IMG/VR virus record: IMGVR_UViG_2585427777_000002
Span: 1-37,339 of that record
DNA: 37,339 nucleotides
Origin: a virus
Taxonomy: Duplodnaviria; Heunggongvirae; Uroviricota; Caudoviricetes
Reading direction: 5' to 3' (one strand)
Numbering within the stretch: the first letter of the stretch is position 1; each line of letters starts with the position of its first letter. The notes under the pieces were generated by a model. That model did no database searches. It was not told the DNA's origin and saw only the letters and a program-made list of their open reading frames with translations. Shown here one piece after another: positions 26,185 through 33,562 of this stretch. Position numbers and translations under genes: made by a program.

Positions 26185-27660
26185 TTAAGCATATGGATCG
26201 TAATCTGTGATGGCCTTGCCTTGCTGGTTCTGCTGCCCGGGAATTCGCAGACGCTTTGACACAGGGAAAGCAAACGTCAGCAGTAGCGCATCGCCTTTAC
26301 CAGGAGAACGCCCAAGCCGCTCCTTGATATCTTCCTTCGGTTCGATAACGATTTTACCGTCCACTCGAACTTTATACTCTGCCGCCGACAGGTCGTCCGC
26401 TGTTTCCTGGTCATCCAGCATCCCGCCCAGCCTCAGCCATGTCTTGCATGAGTTGAACATCTCCCCACGCTTGTTGAGCATCTGCGGGTCAGTAGACGCG
26501 CCACCGAACGGAACAAGTTGCCATGTGCGCCCCCAACCATCACCGATTGACTTCAGACCGGTACCGTAACCGAAGTCGATGAACACCGCGTCAGCCTGAT
26601 ACTGGTCTTCAAAGTCAGCGATACGCTTCGCCATAATCAGATCGTCGGTGGTCTTGTTACCAGTCCATAGCACCTTACTGTGCAGCCCCTGCCGCAGGTA
26701 TATCACAGCGTCATCAACGCCGGAGTATGCCGGGTCAACGCCGATTATCACCGGAGCATGTGCCACCTGCGCAGCGGTTACCACCCGTTTCATTGCCTCG
26801 TCAGTAAGACCGGTAGGGATAAACTGCAATTCAGATGCATCAGGGAATATGCCGCGCACACGGATTTTAACGAAGTCGCTGTCTTCCCCGTAGTCATCAA
26901 CCCATTTCTGCAACTGCTGTTTGTTAGTGCCTTCCACCGTCCGGCTGTCAATCTGCACAGTTTTCCAGCGGTGTTTATATTTGCGGAAACATTCGCGGAA
27001 ACGCCCGGTATTACGCGTCGGGTTTCCGAACGCCACCCAGATAATCTCAGTGTCTTCGTCCGTTAGCGCACCCTCGGCAACTTCCCACACCAGATCCGCA
27101 ATGTTCGACGCTTCATCGAATACCACGATGATGCGTTTGCGCTCGTTGTGTAGTCCGGCAAATGCCTCAGTGTTGTGCTCAGACCAGGGGATTGCGTCAG
27201 CTCGCCAACGCTTGTCGTGCCCAGGGTCATTGCTGTACATCGCGGTAGCGGTACAGGTAAACCAGTCTTTCGTGATAGCAAGGTTCGACCACTTGATAAT
27301 TTCCGGCCAGGTCTTCGTTCGTAGCTGGTTGTCGGTGTTGGCGGTCACCACGACCTTACAATCCTCGCAAGTGGACATGCCCCAGTTGATCAACATTGAG
27401 ATGAATGCTGATTTACCAATACCGTGACCCGAAGCACGTGCCAGCATAAGCGGCTGATAGCGCGTCTCTGGATTCTGCAGGTGATCACGTATCTCTCGGA
27501 ACGCATCAGCCTGCCACTGACGTGGGCCGGTAGCATGTGCCAGTTCAGTCCCCTCTTCCCCCCACGGGAACGCATAGAGGGCATAGCCAAGCGGATCGTG
27601 AGTGAACCCTGCAATATCCTCGATTAACTGCTCTTCAGGAGATAACGCTGTATCTGTCAC
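26185..27660 (-). CDS. terminase large subunit
   Basis: 491 aa; ATPase-like N-terminal half and nuclease-like C-terminal half; translationally coupled to the small subunit gene. Confidence 0.85.
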   Translation of the reverse strand: MTDTALSPEEQLIEDIAGFTHDPLGYALYAFPWGEEGTELAHATGPRQWQADAFREIRDHLQNPETRYQPLMLARASGHGIGKSAFISMLINWGMSTCEDCKVVVTANTDNQLRTKTWPEIIKWSNLAITKDWFTCTATAMYSNDPGHDKRWRADAIPWSEHNTEAFAGLHNERKRIIVVFDEASNIADLVWEVAEGALTDEDTEIIWVAFGNPTRNTGRFRECFRKYKHRWKTVQIDSRTVEGTNKQQLQKWVDDYGEDSDFVKIRVRGIFPDASELQFIPTGLTDEAMKRVVTAAQVAHAPVIIGVDPAYSGVDDAVIYLRQGLHSKVLWTGNKTTDDLIMAKRIADFEDQYQADAVFIDFGYGTGLKSIGDGWGRTWQLVPFGGASTDPQMLNKRGEMFNSCKTWLRLGGMLDDQETADDLSAAEYKVRVDGKIVIEPKEDIKERLGRSPGKGDALLLTFAFPVSKRLRIPGQQNQQGKAITDYDPYA

Positions 27661-28256
27661 TGATTACCATCCTGACGTTCTTTGAGTCGCTTCCTGGCTG
27701 CTGCTATGCGATCAGCAATTGTCACATTCACATTAACATCCAGGCGTTCTTTGAATGCGTTGACGTCGACGTGCTTACCAATCAGTTCGAGGTTCTTCAC
27801 CTTGTCAGGCCATTTAATTTTTTTGAGGATTGTCTCTATCGAATCCTCGTTCATGTTCATGATGGTCGATGACAGATCAAAGCCGCTAAGCGTAGTGCGC
27901 CAGATTTTCGGCCACTCGCGGATTGGCTTAAGGCTCCCATCGTCGTTGAGGATGTCGATCACGTCCATCTGGTCGATCTCCACCAGGCGCATGAGAACGT
28001 AATCAGCACTGACGCGCATTCGTTTGTTGCGCTCCTCCATCAACTCGGCAATCCGTTTCTGAATGCGTTCATCGCGCATCATGACACTGGCTTTAACTGC
28101 CGCTGTATTTGGGGAGAATCCTGCGTTAATCGCAGCCTGAGTCTGATTTTCAGGCGTTTTGATGTATGACTGGCAATAAGCCTCCTGCATTGCTGTTAGT
28201 GGCTTAAATTGCGTTGATTTGCGTTTATAGGTTTTAGGTTCAGCAGGCATCATAAC
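27657..28256 (-). CDS. terminase small subunit
   Basis: ORF 27657..28331; start taken at MMPAEPKTY because upstream codons lie in the operator/direct-repeat region; motif QEAYCQSYIKTPENQTQAAINAGFSPNTAAVKASVMMR typical of Terminase_2-type small subunits. Confidence 0.75.
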   Translation of the reverse strand, partial: VMMPAEPKTYKRKSTQFKPLTAMQEAYCQSYIKTPENQTQAAINAGFSPNTAAVKASVMMRDERIQKRIAELMEERNKRMRVSADYVLMRLVEIDQMDVIDILNDDGSLKPIREWPKIWRTTLSGFDLSSTIMNMNEDSIETILKKIKWPDKVKNLELIGKHVDVNAFKERLDVNVNVTIADRIAAARKRLKERQDGNQ

Positions 28257-28269
28257 CACCGTGGTAATA

Positions 28270-28286
28270 GTTACCGTTGTGGTAAT
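28270..28286. promoter_or_regulatory. operator-like palindrome GTTACCGTTGTGGTAAT at the start of the packaging/structural operon
   Basis: Perfect TTACC-N5-GGTAA inside the direct repeat GTGGTAATAGT-N8-GTGGTAATAGT, just downstream of a minus-strand terminator. Confidence 0.55.
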
Positions 28287-28290
28287 AGTA

Positions 28291-28322
28291 CCATGCAAAA
28301 TAAAGCCGCCATAGTTGGCGGC
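28291..28322 (-). terminator. rho-independent terminator separating early genes from the terminase operon
   Basis: Stem GCCGCC/GGCGGC followed on the minus strand by TTTATTTTG, directly after the stop of gene 28328..28930. Confidence 0.6.
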
Positions 28323-28327
28323 AGTAT

Positions 28328-28930
28328 TCAAAGTCCATCAAATTCATCGTAAAAACTCTCGTCAAGATACCCTTCCCATTTACCGCGAATGAAAATTACA
28401 TCCTCGCCGCAAGGGTGCTGACTGTCGATAACTATATCCCTCCTGGCGCAACCATACTTATGCATGAGAAATTTAACCTCTTTCGGAAAATTTGCTGAGT
28501 TATCTCTCATATCTTCAAGGTCGTAGCGTATTTTTGGCATAACACCTTCGTAATATTCACGCTGTTCGTTGAGTTTTGATTTTGTCTCTTCAAGCTCAGC
28601 AACCAGTTTTCGAAGCCCTTCAATCTCACCATTGCGAGCAATGAGGTCGCGGCACATGCTTTCGTTCTCATCCAGCAGTGCCAGCACGGTAGCTGGACTG
28701 GCTGCGGCGATGAATTCAGCATTGGCCTGCTGTTCCATTTGGAAATCGTCATCGAAACCGCTTTCAGGATGTGCTCCTTCAATTCTGCAAATGGGAAGAT
28801 ATCCAACAACTTCACGATGAATTAACGCATCATCACAATCAAATCGGCTCTCTCCATATTCGAGCGACCATACACCACACGTTGCTTTTTCTGCCTTAGC
28901 ACGCAGTGCCTGATAATCAATCTTGCTCAC
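28328..28930 (-). CDS. hypothetical early protein (possibly Ead/Ea22-like)
   Basis: 200 aa; N-terminus MSKIDYQALRAKAEKATCGVW recalled as similar to Ead/Ea22-like prophage proteins; translationally coupled. Confidence 0.55.
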   Translation of the reverse strand: MSKIDYQALRAKAEKATCGVWSLEYGESRFDCDDALIHREVVGYLPICRIEGAHPESGFDDDFQMEQQANAEFIAAASPATVLALLDENESMCRDLIARNGEIEGLRKLVAELEETKSKLNEQREYYEGVMPKIRYDLEDMRDNSANFPKEVKFLMHKYGCARRDIVIDSQHPCGEDVIFIRGKWEGYLDESFYDEFDGL

Positions 28931-29541
28931 TGGTTGCCTCCTTTGCGAAGCTCAGCGGCGAAGGCTACTGCGTGATCATGATGTTCAAGTGTGTATGCAC
29001 ACTCCGCAAACATCTCCACACCCTGTGCCCGCACTTCAGACAGGCATTTGCGAAACTCGGAAACGTACTGTTCGACGCTCATTCCCCAGCTAAGTGGACA
29101 TTCATTGAATGTTTCGCCTTCGTGCTCTTCATCAGGTAGCTCTTTGGTAAAGAACTCACGTTCAATGGCGTGGAGTGTGTCAGCAAAACGACGTAAGTTA
29201 CTCAAACCTGTCGTAATGGAGAATTCAGGAGCATCACATCCGACGCCCATCTGCTGATAAACGGCGGTTTTGAAGGCCTTAAGCCCCGCATTCTCCGCCG
29301 CCAGCGCCGAAAACTTCTCGTGTGCCAACTTAACAGCCGAATCAGCCTGCTTAATTGACTCAATCGCTCTCTGGTGGTCTTCGGCCAGCGCATTAGCACG
29401 CACCAGTTGCACTTCAAGTTGCGTTGCCAAATCGCTGATCAGCTTTGCCACACTGCGCATATCAACGGCACCACATTCTGCTTTCAGTTCCGAAGCCATC
29501 TCATGCCCGGCGGCAACTAACCATTTGATATTACTTTCCAT
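28927..29541 (-). CDS. hypothetical early protein
   Basis: 204 aa ORF with GAGGG RBS; no motif recognised. Confidence 0.55.
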   Translation of the reverse strand: MESNIKWLVAAGHEMASELKAECGAVDMRSVAKLISDLATQLEVQLVRANALAEDHQRAIESIKQADSAVKLAHEKFSALAAENAGLKAFKTAVYQQMGVGCDAPEFSITTGLSNLRRFADTLHAIEREFFTKELPDEEHEGETFNECPLSWGMSVEQYVSEFRKCLSEVRAQGVEMFAECAYTLEHHDHAVAFAAELRKGGNQ

Positions 29542-29602
29542 CTTTACCCTCGCTTATCCACATAACTTATTGATTACATTGATAACTAAAAAGATCGTCG
29601 AT

Positions 29603-29947
29603 TCAGAACTCTTCGATGTTCCAGCCACCACCTGCTTTCTTTGGTTTAACCGTTACCCCGATGATTCGGAACGGATACTGATCTGCGGCGACTTTGGTTT
29701 TCACCCTGGCGTCGTCAGTCCAGAAACCTTTCACTTCGTGCAGTTCCATCTCGCCGGTGGCGAGCATCACAGCGAAATCGGGCGTATAGAACGTGTTGTC
29801 AGCTAACCGCAGCTTGATACCCTCGAATCGATACCAGGCGATTTCCCCTGCACGTTTACGAAGCTCAAGGTGCTGGCAATACGCAGATTCTGTTTTGTTC
29901 ATCTGGCCTGTTTTGAGTCGACCAAGAGCCTGTATCTGTTTTCTCAT
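29603..29947 (-). CDS. PD-(D/E)XK-type nuclease-like protein (DUF1064-like)
   Basis: 114 aa; motif YTPDFAV...GEMELHEVKG fits the PD-(D/E)xK pattern. Confidence 0.55.
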   Translation of the reverse strand: MRKQIQALGRLKTGQMNKTESAYCQHLELRKRAGEIAWYRFEGIKLRLADNTFYTPDFAVMLATGEMELHEVKGFWTDDARVKTKVAADQYPFRIIGVTVKPKKAGGGWNIEEF

Positions 29948-29949
29948 GA

Positions 29950-29966
29950 TTTACCCCTGAGGTAAT
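29950..29966. promoter_or_regulatory. operator-like palindrome TTTACCCCTGAGGTAAT overlapping the RBS of the nuclease gene
   Basis: Perfect TTACC-N5-GGTAA 3 nt upstream of the start codon at 29945..29947. Confidence 0.55.
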
Positions 29967-30011
29967 TAAAAACCACATAAGACACGAAATCAATAGAGTT
30001 TAGAATATTTT

Positions 30012-30028
30012 ATTACCTAATAGGTAAT
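30012..30028. promoter_or_regulatory. operator-like palindrome ATTACCTAATAGGTAAT
   Basis: Perfect TTACC-N5-GGTAA, 62 bp from the 29950 site. Confidence 0.6.
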
Positions 30029-30064
30029 TATCAAGACGTAAAAAAATGCGCTATCGCGCTGGTA

Positions 30065-30841
30065 TTACTTGATAAATCCTGCCGCCTTTCCCCGCCTGTA
30101 TTCCTCCATCAGCCACTGCGCCGGTGTTATTCCCCCCAGGGTAGCGGCGTTAGGCATACACCCGAAACTTCGCCCTGGTGGATGGTAAACGTCTCTCCCT
30201 GTGTCCGGAGGCGTACTCATGGGTTCTGGCTTTGCCTGTATGCTGATCACCGGATCGGGTATCTGCTGTCCGGAAGCCACCTTTTTCGCCCAATCATCAA
30301 GCAGCCTGCGCGCATGTTTCTCAACCTCAATCTCGCTAAGCTGGCGCTGATACATTGCACGGCGGGTATCACATACGACCCAGTACATAACCGGATGCCG
30401 CCACGGGAATCTTTCGGGACCACCAGGATATAAACTTTTTTCCTTGCTGTACCGGTGAAACTCCGCCATCACATCGTCAATGGTGACGCCAAGAACCATC
30501 TTGCTGTCTTTACACCACTTGATAAATTGCCCTGGCGACGGCCAGAACGGAGATTCACTGGCGCGGGCGTGGCGCATACCAGCGTTAACCTGTTCCATTG
30601 TAGTGATCCCATTCTCCAGAAACGCAAGCATCCATTGCTTACGGAATTCATTAAGTTTGTTCTGCTCCCTTATGGTCGAAACGCTTGCAGGAAATGCAGC
30701 CTGTAACTGGACAAATAGTTCATTGAAAATTCTAGCGACCTGCTCCTTTTTGCCATTGCTGTCACGCCGCTCTTCATGCACAGCAACACCATGCTCACGT
30801 AAGCGATCGTACTCATTGAGAAGTTCTGGAGTTGATTTCAT
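30065..30841 (-). CDS. lambda P-like replication protein (helicase loader)
   Basis: Extended match to lambda P as recalled: AFLENGITTMEQVNAGMRHARASESPFWPSPGQFIKWC versus AFRENGITTMEQVNAGMRVARRQNRPFLPSPGQFVAWC. Confidence 0.85.
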   Translation of the reverse strand: MKSTPELLNEYDRLREHGVAVHEERRDSNGKKEQVARIFNELFVQLQAAFPASVSTIREQNKLNEFRKQWMLAFLENGITTMEQVNAGMRHARASESPFWPSPGQFIKWCKDSKMVLGVTIDDVMAEFHRYSKEKSLYPGGPERFPWRHPVMYWVVCDTRRAMYQRQLSEIEVEKHARRLLDDWAKKVASGQQIPDPVISIQAKPEPMSTPPDTGRDVYHPPGRSFGCMPNAATLGGITPAQWLMEEYRRGKAAGFIK

Positions 30842-31643
30842 CCCACACCCCTTCTATCCAGTCAGTGTTATTCCAGTCAAGCTCATCGCTTTTCCCGACG
30901 TTTTTTGATTTTCCCCTGATATGATTTACGTGCCTGGCGAATTTTTGTTCCCACTGAACCTGCGTGAACACTTTGCCCTCAGCCATCCAGTAATCCCGGA
31001 ATGCAGCAAGTTCAGCAGGTGTAAATTCCGGTTCCGGCAGGGCCGTTCCCCACAGCGCAGCACGCCGTCGAAAATCCGGCGATGGATGCCAGCCATCGGT
31101 CATCGGAAATTTCCCAATAGGTTCACTCAGGCCATCCAGAAATGCAGGTTCTGCCACCTGCAACGGCGTACCGTTCGCTTCACTGGTCGGATCACTCTCG
31201 CGCGCGTGTGCTATGTGTGGGGTTTTATATATATCTTCCTCTTCCTCTTCCTCTGGTAACTCCTTTTGTAACGCTGTTGGCGTTACTTTTTGCGTTACTC
31301 GTTTTCGATGCTCTGCCACTCTTCTATTCGTAAGTGCACGTTTTTTCGATGATTCTCCATTGTGTCGCTCAAAGTTTGGAAGAATTAGTTTGCCGTCATG
31401 ATAAGCAAGCCATCCGACGCTAATGAGGGCGTCAGCAAATCCTGTAATAAAAGCGAGTCTATCAAGTACTCCTTTTGTAACGCTGCCAGCGTTACCGTCT
31501 ATTGTTTGCTGGTCAGCCCATGCCCATATACGAACCAGCTTTCCAAGAACAGCATCTGGATCAATACCCAGAATTTCTGCTATCTGAAAAATTTCAGGTT
31601 TATCAGGAGTGATAACTTCAACCTTAATCCAGCTGCTTGCCAT
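30813..31643 (-). CDS. O-like replication initiation protein (replisome organiser)
   Basis: Directly precedes the P-like gene; AGAGGGG RBS before MASSWIK; acidic EEEEEE linker; iteron-like repeats inside the coding region. Confidence 0.65.
   Translation of the reverse strand: MASSWIKVEVITPDKPEIFQIAEILGIDPDAVLGKLVRIWAWADQQTIDGNAGSVTKGVLDRLAFITGFADALISVGWLAYHDGKLILPNFERHNGESSKKRALTNRRVAEHRKRVTQKVTPTALQKELPEEEEEEDIYKTPHIAHARESDPTSEANGTPLQVAEPAFLDGLSEPIGKFPMTDGWHPSPDFRRRAALWGTALPEPEFTPAELAAFRDYWMAEGKVFTQVQWEQKFARHVNHIRGKSKNVGKSDELDWNNTDWIEGVWDEINSRTSQ
31225..31495. other. putative replication origin inside the O-like gene
   Basis: TTGTAACGCTGTTGGCGTTAC at 31266..31286 and TTGTAACGCTGCCAGCGTTAC at 31476..31496, each preceded by TCCTT; extra GCGTTAC half-site at 31292; AT-rich TTTTATATATAT plus CTTCCT x3 at 31225..31258. 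Confidence 0.45.
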
Positions 31644-31881
31644 AGGTTTCCCCTCTTGCACTCTTTAGTGCACAAGCAAATTCATTACGATGGCGGTTGG
31701 CGCTATTCATTGCACATTCAACACATGTTCCGTTCAGAACATACCTTTCAGAGAGATGGCCGTGACGGCACCGCTTTCCTGTGAAATAGCGATTTAACCC
31801 GGCTTTTGCGGCCTCCATTCTGGTTACTATCTTCAATTTTTCCGCCCCCTTTTTGTTATTGATATTGGCTATTTTGCACAA
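31624..31881 (-). CDS. hypothetical Cys/His-rich (possible zinc-binding) protein, start uncertain
   Basis: ORF contains CRHGH...CVEC; likely start at MEAAKAG (31818); position between the cro-like gene and the replication genes. Confidence 0.4.
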   Translation of the reverse strand: MCKIANINNKKGAEKLKIVTRMEAAKAGLNRYFTGKRCRHGHLSERYVLNGTCVECAMNSANRHRNEFACALKSARGETYGKQLD

Positions 31882-31896
31882 TTGGAAAATTTGATC

Positions 31897-31910
31897 AACC
31901 AGATTTGGTT
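31897..31910. promoter_or_regulatory. palindromic motif AACCAGATTTGGTT (second motif family)
   Basis: Third copy of the AACCA-N4-TGGTT class, adjacent to an imperfect operator at 31914..31931. Confidence 0.45.
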
Positions 31911-31913
31911 TTT

Positions 31914-31931
31914 TATTACCTTTGAGGTACG
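31914..31931. promoter_or_regulatory. imperfect operator-like site ATTACCTTTGAGGTACG
   Basis: Left half-site perfect, right half-site GGTAC. Confidence 0.4.
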
Positions 31932-31985
31932 AATAGATATGAAAAGACCGCCGGATGGCGGTCTACAGAGGGTTGTGGCTGGATA

Positions 31986-32216
31986 TCATGAGTAGAAGAA
32001 GTATGCCAGTTCTGCTTTTGAGCGCAGCCATTGTCTTGTTTTACAGGCTTTAAAAAGCCCATTCATCAATACCTTACCTGGCATTTTGCGCTTACCTGTT
32101 AAGTGAGTCTGGATATAGTGACTCGTCGTTCCGGCTTCCTGTGCGAAGGCTTCACGCTCATCCGGAGTAAGTGCAAGCCAGTGCTTTTTGAAATCGAAAT
32201 GTCCGTTATCGCTCAT
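31986..32216 (-). CDS. Cro-like small HTH regulator
   Basis: 76 aa divergent from the repressor gene; HTH-like TPDEREAFAQEAGTTSHYIQTHLTGKRK. Confidence 0.65.
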   Translation of the reverse strand: MSDNGHFDFKKHWLALTPDEREAFAQEAGTTSHYIQTHLTGKRKMPGKVLMNGLFKACKTRQWLRSKAELAYFFYS

Positions 32217-32251
32217 AGCTATTGCCTGATATTTATTTCAGATAATAAATA

Positions 32252-32316
32252 TTCACCCATAAGGTAACAAAAATCAAGGATAGTTACCTATGAGGTGCAT
32301 TTACCTGTTGGGTAAT
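32252..32316. promoter_or_regulatory. tripartite operator region between the cro-like and repressor genes (OR-like)
   Basis: Three sites: TTCACCCATAAGGTAAC (32252..32268, imperfect), GTTACCTATGAGGTGCA (32283..32299, imperfect), TTTACCTGTTGGGTAAT (32300..32316, perfect). Confidence 0.65.
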
Positions 32317-32370
32317 ATTGCTTTAAATTGAATCATCTACTGATTCATATATGAGGCGATTTTCCAGAAA

Positions 32371-32955
32371 ATGAAAAGTATCCAGGACGTCCGCAGGCAA
32401 AATCTCAACGACTTGATCGACCGTGAATTCAATGGTGTTCAGACGCGGATGGCAGAAAAACTTGGAACTCAGGCAAATCTGGTAAACCGCTGGGCTCTTG
32501 GCAAGAAGGTTATCGGCGACCAGGTTGCACGAAAAATTGAAGCTGCCGCCAATAAACCCCGTAACTGGCTTGATATTGATCGCTCGCTTTCTCAGGAGGG
32601 TTTTCAGCCTGTCGGCCCGAGCGATATAGGTCAGCTGGCGGCTCACAACCTGGAACGCTGGATGAGCGAAAGCCGCGACCTTTCAACGCAGGGAAAACTA
32701 CACCGCGCATCCGGCGTCGCCCAGGTGACAATCAGCCGCCTGTTAAACAATGAAGTCAGCGTTTCCATTTCCACCCTGGAGAATGTTGCATCCGCATTCG
32801 GGCGTCACGGCTATGAATTACTGATTCACCCGCACGACCCTGCGACTATCAACTATGATCGCTCGCGCTACGCATTGTTACCTGAAACAGAGAAGGCAAA
32901 GATCGAAAGTTACATTGAATTTGTCATCAACCAGAACGAAAAAAGAAAACAATAA
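32371..32955 (+). CDS. prophage repressor with two tandem XRE-type HTH domains and no peptidase domain
   Basis: 194 aa; two Cro/C1-type HTH-like segments (TRMAEKLGTQANLVNRWALGKK and LHRASGVAQVTISRLLNNEVSVS); no S24 Ala-Gly or Ser/Lys motifs seen; divergent from the cro-like gene. Confidence 0.7.
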   Translation: MKSIQDVRRQNLNDLIDREFNGVQTRMAEKLGTQANLVNRWALGKKVIGDQVARKIEAAANKPRNWLDIDRSLSQEGFQPVGPSDIGQLAAHNLERWMSESRDLSTQGKLHRASGVAQVTISRLLNNEVSVSISTLENVASAFGRHGYELLIHPHDPATINYDRSRYALLPETEKAKIESYIEFVINQNEKRKQ

Positions 32956-32975
32956 AATCATATTTTTCAGTAAGT

Positions 32976-32999
32976 AAGCCGCCTCATGGCGGCTTTTTT
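32976..32999 (+). terminator. rho-independent terminator after the repressor gene
   Basis: Stem AAGCCGCC/GGCGGCTT with loop TCAT followed by TTTTTT. Confidence 0.7.
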
Positions 33000-33011
33000 A
33001 TTGCCTATACG

Positions 33012-33089
33012 ATTACCTTATGGGTAATTTTTTAACTCATATCTATTGACATCAAACCAGATACGCATAATTATTACCTCAACGGTAAC
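33012..33089. promoter_or_regulatory. early-left promoter with two operators (OL-like)
   Basis: Perfect sites ATTACCTTATGGGTAAT (33012..33028) and ATTACCTCAACGGTAAC (33073..33089) flanking TTGACA (33046..33051) and a -10-like AATTAT/ATAATT. Confidence 0.65.
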
Positions 33090-33107
33090 AGACCGAGGTA
33101 ACAAGTT

Positions 33108-33260
33108 ATGCAGTGGAAAATCATCAACGGTTGGTACTGCGTTACTGCATGCGGATTCATGAGCTGGAAGTTCCGCACCTTACAGGAAGGCATTAAGTGG
33201 GCTTTCGTCAGCAAAGAAGCTCGCGATGTAGCCAACGATAACGAGATATGGGAGGGCTGA
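33108..33260 (+). CDS. small hypothetical protein (first ORF of the early-left operon)
   Basis: 50-codon ORF not in the supplied track; ATG 33108 preceded by GAGGT; hydrophobic N-terminal half. Confidence 0.3.
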   Translation: MQWKIINGWYCVTACGFMSWKFRTLQEGIKWAFVSKEARDVANDNEIWEG

Positions 33261-33262
33261 TA

Positions 33263-33562
33263 ATGAACGTTAATCAGCAGAAAAATCTTCAAAAAATCAT
33301 GCTGGCATTCGACAAGGACTACCGCCTGTCAGAACAGCTATATGACCGACAAGTTGAACTGATTGAGAGCATCCGACTTCATCAACTGTCCTCAACTTTC
33401 GACGTTGTAACAGGCAAAGGCGTTCGTCAGGAAGTACTGGAAGCAGCTAAAGACAGCCCTGAGTTCGAAGAACTAATGGATGCCTACCGGCGCGAGGCAA
33501 TGGCAATTATCGCCCGCTGGGATCTGGCGGATCGGATTGATGGGCAGAGGGAAGCGGCATGA
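33263..33562 (+). CDS. hypothetical protein
   Basis: ORF 33248..33562; ATG at 33263; translationally coupled to the exonuclease gene. Confidence 0.5.
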   Translation: MNVNQQKNLQKIMLAFDKDYRLSEQLYDRQVELIESIRLHQLSSTFDVVTGKGVRQEVLEAAKDSPEFEELMDAYRREAMAIIARWDLADRIDGQREAA

